Positions 11,277 through 25,201 are shown, counted from the stretch's first letter. The stretch: DNA of 64,000 bases from Octopus vulgaris (GCA_951406725.2 OX597841.1:26288001-26352000), one strand, 5' to 3'. Numbers and translations are program-made. Notes: generated by a model from the letters alone, not told the origin.

Positions 11277-11881
11277 AGGTGTTGAGCTGGCAGAATCGTT
11301 ACCGTGCTGGATGAAATGTTTAGCAGTATTTCGCCCATCACTGCGTTCTGAGTTCGAATTCCGCCGAGGTCGACTTTGTCTTTCATATTTTTCAGGGTCG
11401 ATAAATTAAGTACCAGTGAAACACTGGGTCGATGTAATCGACTAGTCTCCCACCACCCCACAAAATTTCAGGCCTTGTGCCTATAGTTGAAAGGATTATT
11501 AATGTGGCGGGTTGGAAAGTCAGAAAGGTGGCACAATCGGCAGCGCGTCGGACAAAATGCTTAGTGGTATTTTGTCCATCATTACGTTCTGAGTTCGCAT
11601 TCCGCCGAGGTCGACTTTCGTTTCGAGGTCGATAAAATAAGTACCAGTTGGATACTGGGGTCGATGCAATCGACTAAACCCCTTCCAGTTGATTTCAAGC
11701 TTTGTGTCTATAACAGAAATGGTTGTCCGTCTTTACGTTCTGAGTTCAAATTCTGCCTAGGTCGAGTTTGCATTTTATCGTTTCGAGGTCTATAAAATTA
11801 GTACCAGTTGGATACTGGGGTCGATGTAATCGACCGGTCCCCTCCCCCAAAATTACAGGCCTTGTGCCTTTAGTAGAAACG

Positions 11882-11882
<1 letters not shown>
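11277..11882 (+). mobile_element. Cluster of ~3 SINE-B-related copies with an alternative 3' tail ending in (TTA)n
   Basis: GAGCTGGCAGAATCGTTA..TTCTGAGTTC..GGTCGATAAA..AGTACCAGT; tail CAGGCCTTGTGCCT..AGAAA.GATTATT. Confidence 0.8.
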
Positions 11883-11929
<47 letters not shown>

Positions 11930-12228
11930 GTTGTTGTTGTTGTTACTGCGGTTGTTATGTAATTTCCACAATTAATCACGTCTATATTTTTATTCATTTC
12001 CAGTTGTTGTTGTTGTTGTTGTTGTTATTGCGGTTGTTGTCGTCGTTGTAGTGGGTATCGATGGTGGTTGTCATAGCGGCTATGGAGATGGTGGCGGCGG
12101 CGGCAGCTCTGTTGCTGCTGCTGCTGCTGTTTCAGCTCTTGTTTAGGTTAGCTAATTTTCTTGGCGCGCAAATGTATTTGTTACAGCTCCGAGTTAATTA
12201 ATTTTCTGCGCGTATGTACATACATACA

Positions 12229-12260
<32 letters not shown>

Positions 12261-12316
12261 CATATACATATACATACATATACATACATACACACATACA
12301 TACATACATACATACA

Positions 12317-12347
<31 letters not shown>

Positions 12348-12400
12348 TTCTCTGTATGTTTGTGATTGTGTGAGTATATATATATATGCACATATACATA

Positions 12401-12439
<39 letters not shown>

Positions 12440-12472
12440 ATAGATATATGTATATATGATATATGTATATAG

Positions 12473-12517
<45 letters not shown>

Positions 12518-12595
12518 CCTAGTTATATACACAGGTACAGATCATGTTATATAATATTTCAAATATCATTTCTCACCGATATACACCCCAGTGTC

Positions 12596-12635
<40 letters not shown>

Positions 12636-12815
12636 GTGTGTGTATATTATTCATATATATACATGTTTATACATGTATGATTATATATGCATATATTCAT
12701 ACAGAGATAAATGCATATATCTAAATATATATACATATAAATATACATACATACACATACTCAATCATGCACATATATATATATATATATATATCGTTAT
12801 AGTTATATATTTATG

Positions 12816-12855
<40 letters not shown>

Positions 12856-12957
12856 TGTTTAATTATTTAGCATATTCCATCCAAACATGCTCTTTCTGTA
12901 TCCGTATGTTGAAGTTGTTGATTTGTTTGTCTGTCCGTGCGTCTCGAATCTCGCATA

Positions 12958-13026
<69 letters not shown>

Positions 13027-13280
13027 TTCTCTGTTCGTTTGTCTAACGTCCTCTCTGCTTTCGTGTGCATATATTGCCCCCCCTCACTCTCACATTCCAC
13101 CTATTCCACCTCTTCCTTCTCCATCTTCTCTTTCTCACCTTCTTCCCTCTCCTCCTTTCTCGTCTTTCTCTCCCTCGTCCCCCTCCTCCTCCATTTTTAT
13201 TGACATTTACCTGTATGTTTATCATCCATAGCCAGTCCCTATAAATGGTCCTCCCGTATTCACTTCCTCTACATATATAC

Positions 13281-13317
<37 letters not shown>

Positions 13318-13320
<3 letters not shown>

Positions 13321-13715
13321 AAGTAGCTTGCTAACCAACCACATGGTTCCGGGTTCAGTCCCACTGCGTGGCATCTTGGGCAAGTGTCTTCTACTATAGC
13401 CTCAGGCCGACCAAAGCCTTGTGAGTGGATTTGGTAAGACGGAAACTTGATGAAAGAAGCCCGTCGTATATATGTATATATATATATATATATATATAAG
13501 TGTGTGTGTATATGTTTGTGCGTCTGTGTTTGTCCCCCTAGCATTGCTTGACAACCGATGCTGGTGTGTTTATGTCCCCGTCACTTAGCGGTTCGGCAAA
13601 AAGAGACCGATAGAATAAATACTGAGCTTACAAAGAATAAGTCCCGGGGTCGAGTTGCTCGATTAAAGGCGGTGCTCCAGCATGGCCGCAGTCAAAATGA
13701 CTGAAACAAGTAAAA
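13318..13715 (+). mobile_element. SINE-A
   Basis: B-box-like GGTTCAGTCCC, internal (TA)n(TG)n, conserved 3' half. Confidence 0.9.
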
Positions 13716-13747
13716 AAAAGAAAAAAAGATGTGTGTGTGTGTGTGTG

Positions 13748-14072
13748 TGTGGTAAGAAGCTTGCTTCCCAACCACATGGTTCCAGGTTCAGTCCCTCTGC
13801 ATGACACTTTGGGCAAGTGTCTTCTACTATAGCCTCGGGCCGCACAAAGCTTTCCGATCGGATTTGGTAGACAGAAAATGAAAGAAGCCCGTCAAATATA
13901 TACATATATATATATATTCGTGTGTGTGTGTGTGTTTGTGTTTGTCCTGTACCGTCACTTGACATCCGATGCTGGAGTTTGTCTCTGTAACCTAGCAGTT
14001 CGGCATAAGAGACCGATACAATACGGACTGACTAGGCTTACAAAGCATAACCCCGGGGTCGATTTCTTTCAC
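13748..14072 (+). mobile_element. SINE-A, older copy
   Basis: Same layout, more diverged. Confidence 0.8.
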
Positions 14073-14106
14073 TAAAAAACCTTTTCAGGTTATTTATCTA
14101 TCCATA

Positions 14107-14440
14107 TATGGCTCAGTGGTTAGAGCGTCGAGCTTACGATCGTGAGGTTGTGAGTTCTAATTCGGTCCGGGCTGCGTGTTGTGTTCTTGAGCAAGGCACT
14201 TTATTTCACGTTGCTCCAGTTCACTCAGCTGTAGAAATGAGTTGCGACGTCACTGGTGCCAAGCTGTATCGACCTTTGTCTTTCCCTTGGATAACACTGG
14301 TGGCGTGGAGAGAGGAGGCTGGTATGCATGGGCGACTGCTGGTCTTCCATAAACAACCTTGCCCGGACTTGTGTCTAGGAGGGTAACTTTCTAGGTGCAA
14401 TCCCATGGTCATTCACGACCGAAGGGGGTCTTTACCCTTA
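14107..14440 (+). mobile_element. SINE-D: tRNA-like head with Meta-like central domain
   Basis: A box TGGCTCAGTGG, B-box-like GAGTTCTAATTC, then TTGTGTTCTTGAGCAAGGCACTTTATTTCAC..CCAGTTCACTCAGCTGTAGAAATGAGT. Confidence 0.75.
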
Positions 14441-14603
14441 TATGTTTGTATGTATGTATCTATGCTTACATATATGCATAAATACACGCACACATACACG
14501 CAAAATCACTTACTCTAGTGAACGGGATGAAAATCCGCTTCACACTATATTTACACACATACACACACACACACACAGACACACACACACACACATATAC
14601 ATA

Positions 14604-15065
14604 CAGGGTGCGGTGAACAAACTGTCGTCTAAATTGCGCAAAAGGGAAAATAACACTAACATCTCATTTTAATAGATATATTTCCCAAAATTGTATAAAA
14701 ATATCTTGAAATACTTAGAATTAAATTTATTCAATAAAATCGCCATTGGCTTCAACCACGCCCCACCCCCAGATTACTTTGGAATGTCTTGCAACTCTTC
14801 TGGATGGTCTCCTTGTTTCCTTTAGTGAATGCTGCCATAATCCTTGCCTTCAGTTTCTTTTTTGGTGTTACAAAGAGTTTTGTTCGTCTCTTGGTCAACT
14901 GCGCCCTACACATTATAATCAATGGGGCCGCAGTCTGGAGACTTAGGGGGCCAGCTGCTAGGGATGTGCTCGCAGAAATTTTCTGATAGTCGTGACTGTT
15001 GCCAGACTTAAAGGTCTTCCAGCAGCCACCCTTTTCACCCAGGGCAGCACTACCTCCTCCAGGTA
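14604..15065 (-). mobile_element. Tc1/mariner-superfamily (maT/DD37D-like) transposon remnant
   Basis: Terminus TA-CAGGGTG at 14602; minus strand ENFCEHIPSSWPPKSPDCGPIDYNV*GAV (WPPxSPDxNPxDY motif), then KLKARIMAAF..EANGDFIE. Confidence 0.8.
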
Positions 15066-15071
15066 CTTGAT

Positions 15072-15638
15072 GTATTACCCACAAGGGGCTAAACAAAGAG
15101 GGTGACAAACAAGGACAGACAAACGGATTAAGTCGATTACATCGACCCCAGTGCGTAACTGGTACTTAATTTATCGACCTCGAAAGGATGAAAGGCAAAG
15201 TCGACCTCGGCGGAATTTGAACGTAACGAAAGACGAAATACCTATTTCTTTACTACCCATAAGGGGCTAAACAAAGAGGGGACAAACAAGGACAGACGAA
15301 TGGATCAAGTCGATTACATCGACCCCAGTGCGTAACTGGTACTTAATTTATCGACCTCGATAGGATGAAAGGCAAAGTCGACCTCGGCGGAATTTGAACT
15401 CAGAACGTAGCGGCAGACGAAATACCTATTTCTTTACTACCCACAAGGGGCTAAACATAGAGGGGACGAACAAGGACAGACAAACGAATTAAGTCGATTA
15501 CATCGACCCCAGTGCGTAACTGGTACTTAATTTATCGACCTCGAAAGGATGAAAGGCAAAGTCGACCTCGGCGGAATTTGAACTCAGAACGTAACGGCAG
15601 ACGAAATACGGCTACGCATTTCGCCCGGCGTGCTAACT
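15072..15638 (-). mobile_element. SINE-B concatemer: partial head plus three bodies
   Basis: Junction GAAATACCTATTTC at 15235 and 15419. Confidence 0.9.
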
Positions 15639-15867
15639 TGCATGTGTGTGTGTTTCTGAGAGAGTACCTCTTTTCTGTTTATATATTCCCCCTATCCACC
15701 GTGCTTTCTTTTGTGTCTGTTCTGTTTTTTTTTTTTCATTGCTACGTTTGTATAACTAAGACTTAACGAAATACCTGTTCTGTTACACTAGCTATTAACT
15801 ATATTATTTTATGTTCAACATTTAATTAAAACGTCTCCTTTTCAAAATATATACTCTGTACAAGCTT

Positions 15868-15921
<54 letters not shown>

Positions 15922-16193
15922 TATATATATATGTTTGCATACGCATACAATTTTTATGCATATGCAAAAAATGTGCTTTCTTGTAATGAAATTTCGTTCC
16001 AGATGTGTGTAGCGAGTTATTTATGAAACAATGTTTATATATTTATATAGAGGCATGTGTGTATATTTATGTATATGGATATACACGTTTGTATATATGT
16101 ATGCATATACATTTGTACATGGTTGTATATATACATACATATATACATATTCATATAAATGCATATAATTATATATATATATATATATATATG

Positions 16194-16312
<119 letters not shown>

Positions 16313-16442
16313 TTTATATATATATACATATATACATTGTTAAATATATATAAGTACACATACATGCATAGATGCTTGTACACATACATACATACATACA
16401 GATCCTTATACACGCCTGATAGCTGTCTGTTTCTCACTCTTG

Positions 16443-16482
<40 letters not shown>

Positions 16483-16719
16483 TCTCCATCTTTCCTTTCA
16501 TCCACTTTCCTATCTCTGCCTCTCATTTTTATCCATATACACACAAATACACACAAACACAATTTTACATCCTCAACACACAATGACCGCTCTCGGTAAG
16601 TATACTCAGACATGTAAACAACTCGGTTAGTCACACTGATTTAGTTTTTCCTTTAGAACACGGACCAGTTCAATACACAATCATTGATCCCCGTTGACCG
16701 TACTACATATATGCGCTTG

Positions 16720-16767
<48 letters not shown>

Positions 16768-16862
16768 GTATGTATTTACAGGCGTGTGTATGTATGTGTA
16801 TATGTATGTATATATGTGTGTACATACATATTTATACATACATATATGTATAAATATACAAG

Positions 16863-16941
<79 letters not shown>

Positions 16942-17018
16942 TTTTGGCTTAACAAGGGCTTGTTAATCCACGAATAAAGAATGTTTATAAATGAAATGCA
17001 TTCATTCTCCTATTCGAT

Positions 17019-17092
<74 letters not shown>

Positions 17093-17097
17093 GATAA

Positions 17098-17496
17098 GGC
17101 GCAGGAGTGGCTGTGTGGTAAGTAGCTTGCTAACCAGCCACATGGTTCCGGGTTCAGTCCCACTGCGTGGCATCTTGGGCAAGTGTCTTCTGCTATAGCC
17201 CCGGGCCGACCAATGCCTTGTGAGTGGATTTGGTAGACGGAAACTGAAAGAAGCCTGTCGTATATATGTATATATATGTATGTATGTGTGTGTATTTGTT
17301 CCCCTAGCATTGCTTGACAACCGATGCTAGTGTGTTTATGTCCCCGTCACTTAGCGGTTCGGCAAAAAGAGACCGATAGAATAAGTACTGGGCTTACAGA
17401 AAGAATAAGTCCCGGGGTCGAGTTGCTCGACTAAAGGCGGTGCTCCAGCATGGCCGCAGTCAAATGACTGAAACAAGTAAAAGAGTAAAAGAGTAA
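17098..17496 (+). mobile_element. SINE-A, full length
   Basis: GGCGCAGGAGTGGCTGTGTGGTAAG head (A-box-like), B box, tail (AAAAGAGT)n. Confidence 0.92.
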
Positions 17497-17581
17497 ATAT
17501 ATATAATAAGTACGTGTGTGTGTATATGTGCCTCGAATGCGTGTGGCCTGGTTGGTAAGGTGTTCGGCTCATGACAATAAC

Positions 17582-17802
17582 TATTTCTTTACTACCCACA
17601 AGGGGCTAAACACAGAGGGAACAAACAAGGACAGACAAACGGATTAAGTCGATTACATCGACCCCAGTGCGTAACTGGTACTTAATTTATCGACCCCGAA
17701 AGGATGAAAGGCAATGTTGACCTCGGCGGAACTTGAACTCAGAACGAATCGGCAGACGAAATACAGCTACGCATTTCGCCCGGCGTGCTAACGGTTCTGC
17801 CA
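17582..17802 (-). mobile_element. SINE-B monomer with 9-bp TSD, inserted in a decayed tRNA-like head
   Basis: GACAATAAC on both sides; flanks join to GTGGCCTGGTTGGTAAGG..GTTCAGTTCC. Confidence 0.85.
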
Positions 17803-18125
17803 GGACAATAACGCCGCGCGTTCAGTTCCGGATCTCTCGACGTGTTTGATTTTTGAACCTGGACGGTTGAAGAATGCAAGGATTTTTTTTCTGGGGTGGA
17901 GGGAACTATGGGTCGGTATATTATCAATCAGCTCAATAATCCAGTTTCAGAAAACCATAATTCCTGTATCACTAAGAAGAATTTGTCGAATCAGTTTTTG
18001 CAGCAAAGCCTAGGTTACCTTTATGGCTTACCGAAAATACTCATATGGAAGGAAACTTATTACTTAATACAAGAGTGGAGAATATGTCAAAGTTCTTGAA
18101 CCAAAATATCTAAAACTTAAATCAT

Positions 18126-18260
18126 AGGCGCAGGAATAGAATAAGTACTGGGCTTACAAAGAATAAGTCCCGGGGTCGATTTGCTCGACCAAAGGCGGTG
18201 CTCCAGCATGGCCGCAGTCAAATGACTGAAACAAATAAAAGAGTAAAAAAAAAAAGAGTA
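18126..18260 (+). mobile_element. Internally deleted SINE-A, head fused to tail
   Basis: GGCGCAGGA joined directly to ATAGAATAAGTACTGGG... Confidence 0.8.
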
Positions 18261-18275
18261 TTACTGGTCCTGCAT

Positions 18276-18518
18276 GGAGGCGCAGTGGCCCAGTGGTTAG
18301 GGTAGCGGACTCACCGTCGGAGGATCGCGGTTTCGATTCCTAGACCGGGCGTTGTGTGTGTCTATTGAGCGAAAACACCTAAATGTTCCACGAGGCTCCG
18401 GCAGAGGGTGGTAGCGATTCGTGTTGTACCCTTTCGCCACAACTTTCTCTCACTCTCTCTTCCCGTTTCTTGAGTAAAGCTGCGATGGACTGGCGTCCCG
18501 TCCAGCTGAGGGGAACAT
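18276..18518 (+). mobile_element. SINE-C-related copy (tRNA-like head, different 3' part)
   Basis: GGAGGCGCAGTGGCCCAGTGGTTAGGG..GGTTTCGATTCC; diverges from the 45577 copy after CACAACTTTCTCTCACTCT. Confidence 0.8.
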
Positions 18519-18520
18519 AT

Positions 18521-18893
18521 TACTCTTTTTACTCTTTTACTCTTTTACTTGTTTCAGTCATTTGACTGCGGCCATGCTGGAGCACCACCTTTTAGTACTT
18601 ATTCTATCGGTCTCTTTTTGCCGAACCGCTAAGTGACGGGGACCTAAACACACCAGCATCGGTTGTCAAGCAATGCTAGGGGGACACAAACACAGACACA
18701 CAAACACACGCATACATATATATATACATATATACGACAGGCTTCTTTCAGTTTCCGTCTACCAAATCCACTCACAAGGCATTGGTCGGCCCGGGGCTAT
18801 AGCAGAAGACACTTGCCCGAGATGCCACGCAGTGGGCCTGAACCCGCCACCGTGTGGTTGGTTAGCAAGCTACTTACCACACAGCCACTCCTA
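18521..18893 (-). mobile_element. SINE-A
   Basis: Reverse complement of family consensus, small internal deletion. Confidence 0.9.
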
Positions 18894-19130
18894 TGCCACA
18901 GAAACCGGGAAACCGGGCTCATGAGTCTGGTTAGGCTTGAAAAAGGTGAAAAAAAGGAGAAAAAAAAACTGGTCTTGCATGTCCGAGTTATCATTCAAAT
19001 AAATCTGTTTGTTATTCAGTACTCATAAGACCGCGTTTCATTCAAGATAATAGCGATCTTTTCTATCATCTACCAAAAATAACTCAACCGAATCGTTATT
19101 GGGTTTCTTTTGAATTTCACAAGTCTCTAA

Positions 19131-19273
19131 GTCGACCCCAGGATTTATTCTTTGGAAGCCTAGTACTTATTCTATCGGTCTCTTTTGCCGAACCGCTAAG
19201 TTACGGGGACATAAACACACCACCATCGGTTGTCAAGCGATGTTGAAGGACAAACACAGACACACAAACATAT

Positions 19274-19342
<69 letters not shown>

Positions 19343-19518
19343 CACAAACATACATACGACGGGCTTCTTTCAGTTTCCGTCTACCAGATCCACTCACAAG
19401 GCTTTGGTCGGCCCGAGACTATAGTAGAAGGCACTTGCCCTGGGTGCCACGCAGTTGGAATGAACCCAGAACCATGTGGTTGGTAAGCAAGCTACTTACC
19501 ACAGAGTCACTCCTACGC
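19131..19518 (-). mobile_element. SINE-A, tail truncated
   Basis: Reverse complement of family consensus. Confidence 0.85.
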
Positions 19519-19818
19519 GTTATACATATATATTTGAAAGCGTTTGTGAAAACTACTTGACCCATATTAACCCACTGTCATCGTTTGAAGACAGTTGGAT
19601 TTGGTCTATTTACTGCAATAAAGGTTAACTGGACGGTTCCGTATGTTTGTCTTCCCTATTTATATAGCTGTCTTTAGAATTCCAACTGGGTTAACCTGGC
19701 TCAAAGTGGGTTAATATATGTGTAAAAAAGTATTGTAAAACAAAAAGTTATAAAATCTTTTAGCAGGATGTTTTGGAAGAAGTTTTTATCCAAGTGTGTG
19801 AGCGCTTTCGATTAACCG

Positions 19819-19942
<124 letters not shown>

Positions 19943-20044
19943 TTTCATTTAAATGTATATTCCTGTATATGTATGAACCACAGGCAAAATGACTTACAAA
20001 CACATGTGTATATGGATACATACATACATACATACATACATACA

Positions 20045-20080
<36 letters not shown>

Positions 20081-20089
20081 TGTATGCAT

Positions 20090-20256
20090 AGGCGCAGGTG
20101 TGACTGCGTAGTAAGAAGCTTGCTTCCCAACCACATTGTACCGGGTTGAATCTCTCTACGTGGCACCTTGGGTAAGTGTCTTATACTATAGCCTCGGGCC
20201 GACCAAAGCTTTGCGAGTGGATTTGACAGACGGAAACTGAAAGAAGCCAGTCGTGT
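20090..20256 (+). mobile_element. SINE-A, 5' half
   Basis: Head through GAAAGAAGCC, ending at the internal (TA)n. Confidence 0.85.
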
Positions 20257-20277
20257 GTATATATATATATATATATA

Positions 20278-20447
20278 AATCGTTAGCCACAACACACATT
20301 TTTTTCTCTCATTGTTTTTTCTGTGTCTCTTTCTGTAGAAGAGCGTAGGCTCGAAACGTAAAAGACTTTTTCTATTCCTGAGCGTTATACTAATACATCT
20401 GTTTGTTTTGTACACCACCTGTCTTCGTCTTTTGTTTCGTAAACTCT

Positions 20448-20450
<3 letters not shown>
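20278..20450 (+). mobile_element. Penelope-like terminal repeat with hammerhead-like motif, embedded in (TA)n
   Basis: 20328-20365 TCTTT-CTGTAGA-A-GAGC-GTAG-GCTC-GAAA-C-GTA-AAAGA. Confidence 0.65.
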
Positions 20451-20526
<76 letters not shown>

Positions 20527-20559
20527 CACACACACACACATATATATATATACATACAA

Positions 20560-20610
<51 letters not shown>

Positions 20611-20632
20611 TATATGTATATATATCTATATC

Positions 20633-20665
<33 letters not shown>

Positions 20666-20795
20666 ATGTATGTATCTACGGCGGGCTTCTTTCACTTTCC
20701 ATTTACCAAGTTCACTCACAAGACACTTGCCCGAGGTGCCACGAACCCGGAACCATGTGGTTGGGAAGCAAGCTTCTTACCACTCCTGCATACAC

Positions 20796-20891
<96 letters not shown>

Positions 20892-21309
20892 GCACATATC
20901 ATATATATATATGCATATTCGTTGACATGTTTCTTCATAAACGCTTTATTTACTATTTTTGCAATCAGCTCCAGTATTCGTATTGATGCATCCATATTAA
21001 CATATTGATATTTCTCTTCGTTACTTATATATGTATGTATATATTATTTACAATCACGCGATTGAATAAATAGTGACAGTTCGATATTGTTCTCGTGTCA
21101 TATAGAGTTACTTGTGTTGTATCTCTGCAGAGCATTGTTAAACTGTTGAAGCGCACGCAACGCTTGTTATGGCGTCGATCGTTCATCGCAGCTGTCGTGT
21201 TCTCTCTCTCCCTCTGTCGCTGTCGACAAATCAAATTCGTTCATTTTAAATCTTGGATGCACAGATTTCAAAAAGGTGATGGGTGCAGACAGACAGAACG
21301 ATAGACGAT

Positions 21310-21495
21310 AGATCGTTAGCTCCTACACGCATTTTTTTCTTTCCTTGTTTTTTTTTTTCTGTGTATCTTTCTGTCGAAGAGCGTAGGCTCGAAATGTAAA
21401 AGACTTTTTCTATTCCTGAGCGCTATAATAATACATTTGTTTGTTTGTACTCCACCTGCCTTCGTCTATTGTTTATTTTCGTAAACTTTCCCTTT
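21310..21495 (+). mobile_element. Second copy of the same Penelope-like terminal repeat
   Basis: 21366-21403 TCTTT-CTGTCGA-A-GAGC-GTAG-GCTC-GAAA-T-GTA-AAAGA. Confidence 0.65.
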
Positions 21496-21503
21496 ATATA
21501 CAG

Positions 21504-21661
21504 AAGTGGCTGTGTGGTAAGTAGCTTGCTAACCAACCACATGGTTTCGGGTTCAGTCCCACTGCGTGGCATCTTGGGCAAGTGTCTTCTACTATAGCCC
21601 CGGGCCGACCAATGCCTTGTGAGTGGATTTGGTAGACGGAAACTGAAAGAAGCCCGTCGTA

Positions 21662-21712
<51 letters not shown>

Positions 21713-21915
21713 TTGTGTGTCTGTGTTTGTCCCCCTAGCATTGCTTGACAACCGATGCTGGTATGTTTACGTCCCCGTCCCTTAGCGGTTCGGCAAAAGA
21801 GACCGATAGAATAAGTACTGGGCTTACAAAGAATAAATCCCGGGGTCGATTTGCTCGACTAAAGGCGGTGCTCCAGCATGGCCGCAGTCAAATGACTGAA
21901 ACAAGTAAAATAAAA
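21504..21915 (+). mobile_element. SINE-A
   Basis: Family consensus. Confidence 0.9.
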
Positions 21916-21944
21916 AAAATTAAAATATATATATATATAATATA

Positions 21945-22015
<71 letters not shown>

Positions 22016-22168
22016 CAATAAGAAGATGGAGGGGATCAATAGGTGGTTCATAAACTTTTAGACATTATATTATGTCAATTTATCTATTTATTTACTAAAA
22101 TGACAATTACGAGAATATACATACATGTATAAAATATTATGCTTTACATGTAAAATATTATAATATAT

Positions 22169-22582
22169 ACTCTTTTACTCTTTTACTTGTTTCAGTAATT
22201 TGACTGCGGCCATGCTGGAGCACCGCCTTTAATCGAGCAACTCGACCCCGGGACTTATTCTTTTGTAAGCCCAGTACTTATTCTATCGGTCTCTTTTGCC
22301 GAACCGCTAAGTAACTGGGACATAAACACACCAGCATCGGTTGTCAAGCAATGCTAGCGGGACAAACACAGACACACAAACACACACAAGCATATACATA
22401 TATATATATACATATATACGACGAGCTTCTTTCAGTTTCCGTCTACCAAATCCACTCACAAGGCTTTGGTTGGTCAGAGGGTATAGCAGAAGACACTTGC
22501 CCAAGGTGCCACGCAGTGGGACTGAACCCGGAACCATGTGGTTGGTAAACAAGCTACTTACCACACAGCCACTCCTGCGCCT
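22169..22582 (-). mobile_element. SINE-A, full length
   Basis: Reverse complement of family consensus. Confidence 0.92.
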
Positions 22583-22599
22583 ATACCAGTAATTATTAA

Positions 22600-22880
22600 A
22601 ATGTAACATACAGGAATATAAATTCGGAAAATATCTTGCAGCTGCTTCTGCCAAGAGGCAAAAATATCACAATCTACCTTTATTCCTCCAGTCGACTGAA
22701 TAGATCGGTAGCCACTACGCACATTTTTATTCTCTCTCCTTGTTTCTTTTTGTGTTCCTTTCTTTGCAAGAGCGTAGGCTCGAAACGTAAAAGACATTTT
22801 CTATTCCTGAGCGTTATACTAATACATCTGTTTGTTTTGTACACCACCTGTCTTCGTCTTTTATTTTTTTCGTGAACTCT

Positions 22881-22882
<2 letters not shown>
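22600..22882 (+). mobile_element. Penelope-like 3' end, third copy of the terminal repeat
   Basis: LQLLLPRGKN resembles the LxxLxPxGxN end of PLE GIY-YIG domains; same repeat with decayed core; ends at (TA)n. Confidence 0.6.
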
Positions 22883-22937
<55 letters not shown>

Positions 22938-23110
22938 CAGGGCAAGACTGCTAGGTAGTCGGCCGTATGCTAGAAATAGATCATCAACGATCAAACTACA
23001 AAGAAAGTTCTCTAGAGGATTTTTTGTATGCTAGACTACTGGTTTTAAATTGATATTAAAATTAATATTAATTTATCTCCCTCATTATTTAAATATATAT
23101 ATATATATAA

Positions 23111-23250
23111 CGGGAAGGTTTACGAAAATAAACAAAAGACGAAGGCAGGTGGTGTACAAACAAACAATTGTATTAGTATAGCGCTCAGGAATAGAAAAAG
23201 TCTTTTACGTTTCGAGCCTAAGAAAGGAACACAGAAAAAAGAGAGAGAGA
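23111..23250 (-). mobile_element. Inverted fourth copy of the Penelope-like terminal repeat
   Basis: Reverse complement of ~22740-22880 with the hammerhead 5' core deleted. Confidence 0.65.
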
Positions 23251-23449
23251 ATCAAATGGGCAGATAGATAGATGGATAGATAGACAGACGCGCAGACAGA
23301 CAGAAAGCTATATATAGATATATATATAGATAGATCGATCGATCGATCGATCGAGAGAGAGAGAGAGAGAGAGAGAGAAATAGATAGATAGATAGATGAT
23401 TGGATTCATATATACATAGGTAAATAGATACATATATGGATGGATGGAG

Positions 23450-23503
<54 letters not shown>

Positions 23504-23583
23504 AGAGAGAGATAGAATGAGAGAGAGGAAGAGTGGGTGAGAGAAAGTGAGAGAAATAGATAGTAAGATAGTTAGATTGATAA

Positions 23584-23614
<31 letters not shown>

Positions 23615-23938
23615 GATTGAGCTCAACAGTACAGGAATGCATAGGTGTGTTACCATTTGCATGTATGTATACATACACCCACACCCACACAAACATACAC
23701 ACACTCACACGTGTACATGTGTGTGTGTGTGTGTGTGTGTGCGTGCGTGTGCATGTGTGACACAACGGTGATGTTATCACGAAATCTGTTGACGCTGTCT
23801 GAGGTTTATACGAAAATGCAAATGTCTCGAATCTCATACAGGACAGCGTAAGTATGTATGTGTATATACACTCACTCTTTCTCTCATTCTCCATCAGACT
23901 CTCCCAGCGTCTCCCTCTCTCTCTCCCCACACACACTT

Positions 23939-24016
<78 letters not shown>

Positions 24017-24117
24017 GTACATATATGTAATATACACAGAAACGGACATACATACTTAAGAACCCTTGCATTGCATTCTGCTTTCTTTACGAACCCTATC
24101 TATTGATCTATATAATG

Positions 24118-24168
<51 letters not shown>

Positions 24169-24506
24169 GAAACATTTATATATATACATATATATATATG
24201 TGTGTATGTGTATGTATGTATGTATGTATGTATGTATGTATGTATGTATGTGTATATATATGTATATATAATACAGATTTGCACATGATGCATATATGCA
24301 AAGTTATATATGCATGTGTGCATAGACATAGACACACACATACATGTATATGCATATAAATATATATATATATATATTTATATATATCCACACCTACATC
24401 ATACACAAACACGCACACACGTGCAGTCACACACATACACACATACAATCTCGACCTGTTTTTGATAATATTGATGGTTACGATAAACGTGTGTGTGTGT
24501 GTGTGT

Positions 24507-24570
<64 letters not shown>

Positions 24571-24654
24571 GCACATACACACGCATACAGAGGTAGAGAC
24601 ATACATACGTACATACTCACACGCACACACATACATATATACTGGTACATTCGT

Positions 24655-24723
<69 letters not shown>

Positions 24724-25136
24724 TAGAAAAATGAATATATACATATTTAATTAGTGCAAAGATATTCATTTCGCGTTGCAGACAACAGTATAATTTGTAC
24801 CTCTCTCTCTCTCTCCCTCTCTCTCTTACTCATCTGAACTCTCTGTCTCACTATCTATGATATATATACATATTTATATATACATATTTATATATATATG
24901 TATACATATGTGTGTGTGTGTGTATGTGTGGTTGTGTGTGTGGTTGTGTTTACGTATATCTATATTATTATCTCTATATAAGTCAATGAATGTCCAGATA
25001 TACGAGTATCTATATGTATATTATGCGAGTGTATGTATATCGTTGTCTGCGTGTATATATGAATATATGTATGTCCTCCGCTCCTTAGTCATATCACTTT
25101 TGGTTATCCATCATCTGAATGGGACAGAAGTTCATG

Positions 25137-25201
<65 letters not shown>

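Noticed and set aside
14107-14180. Possible true tRNA genes at SINE heads
   Set aside because: No complete acceptor stem or terminator; each continues into a SINE body
18663-19028. Recurrent ORFs MSSNARGT.. / MLGGQTQT.. / MRNWYLIYRPRKDERQ..
   Set aside because: Antisense translations of SINE-A and SINE-B, not a gene family
21131-21276. Possible exon (CTCTGCAG acceptor, AAG/GTGATG donor)
   Set aside because: Peptide unrecognisable and includes a CT repeat; splice signals alone are insufficient
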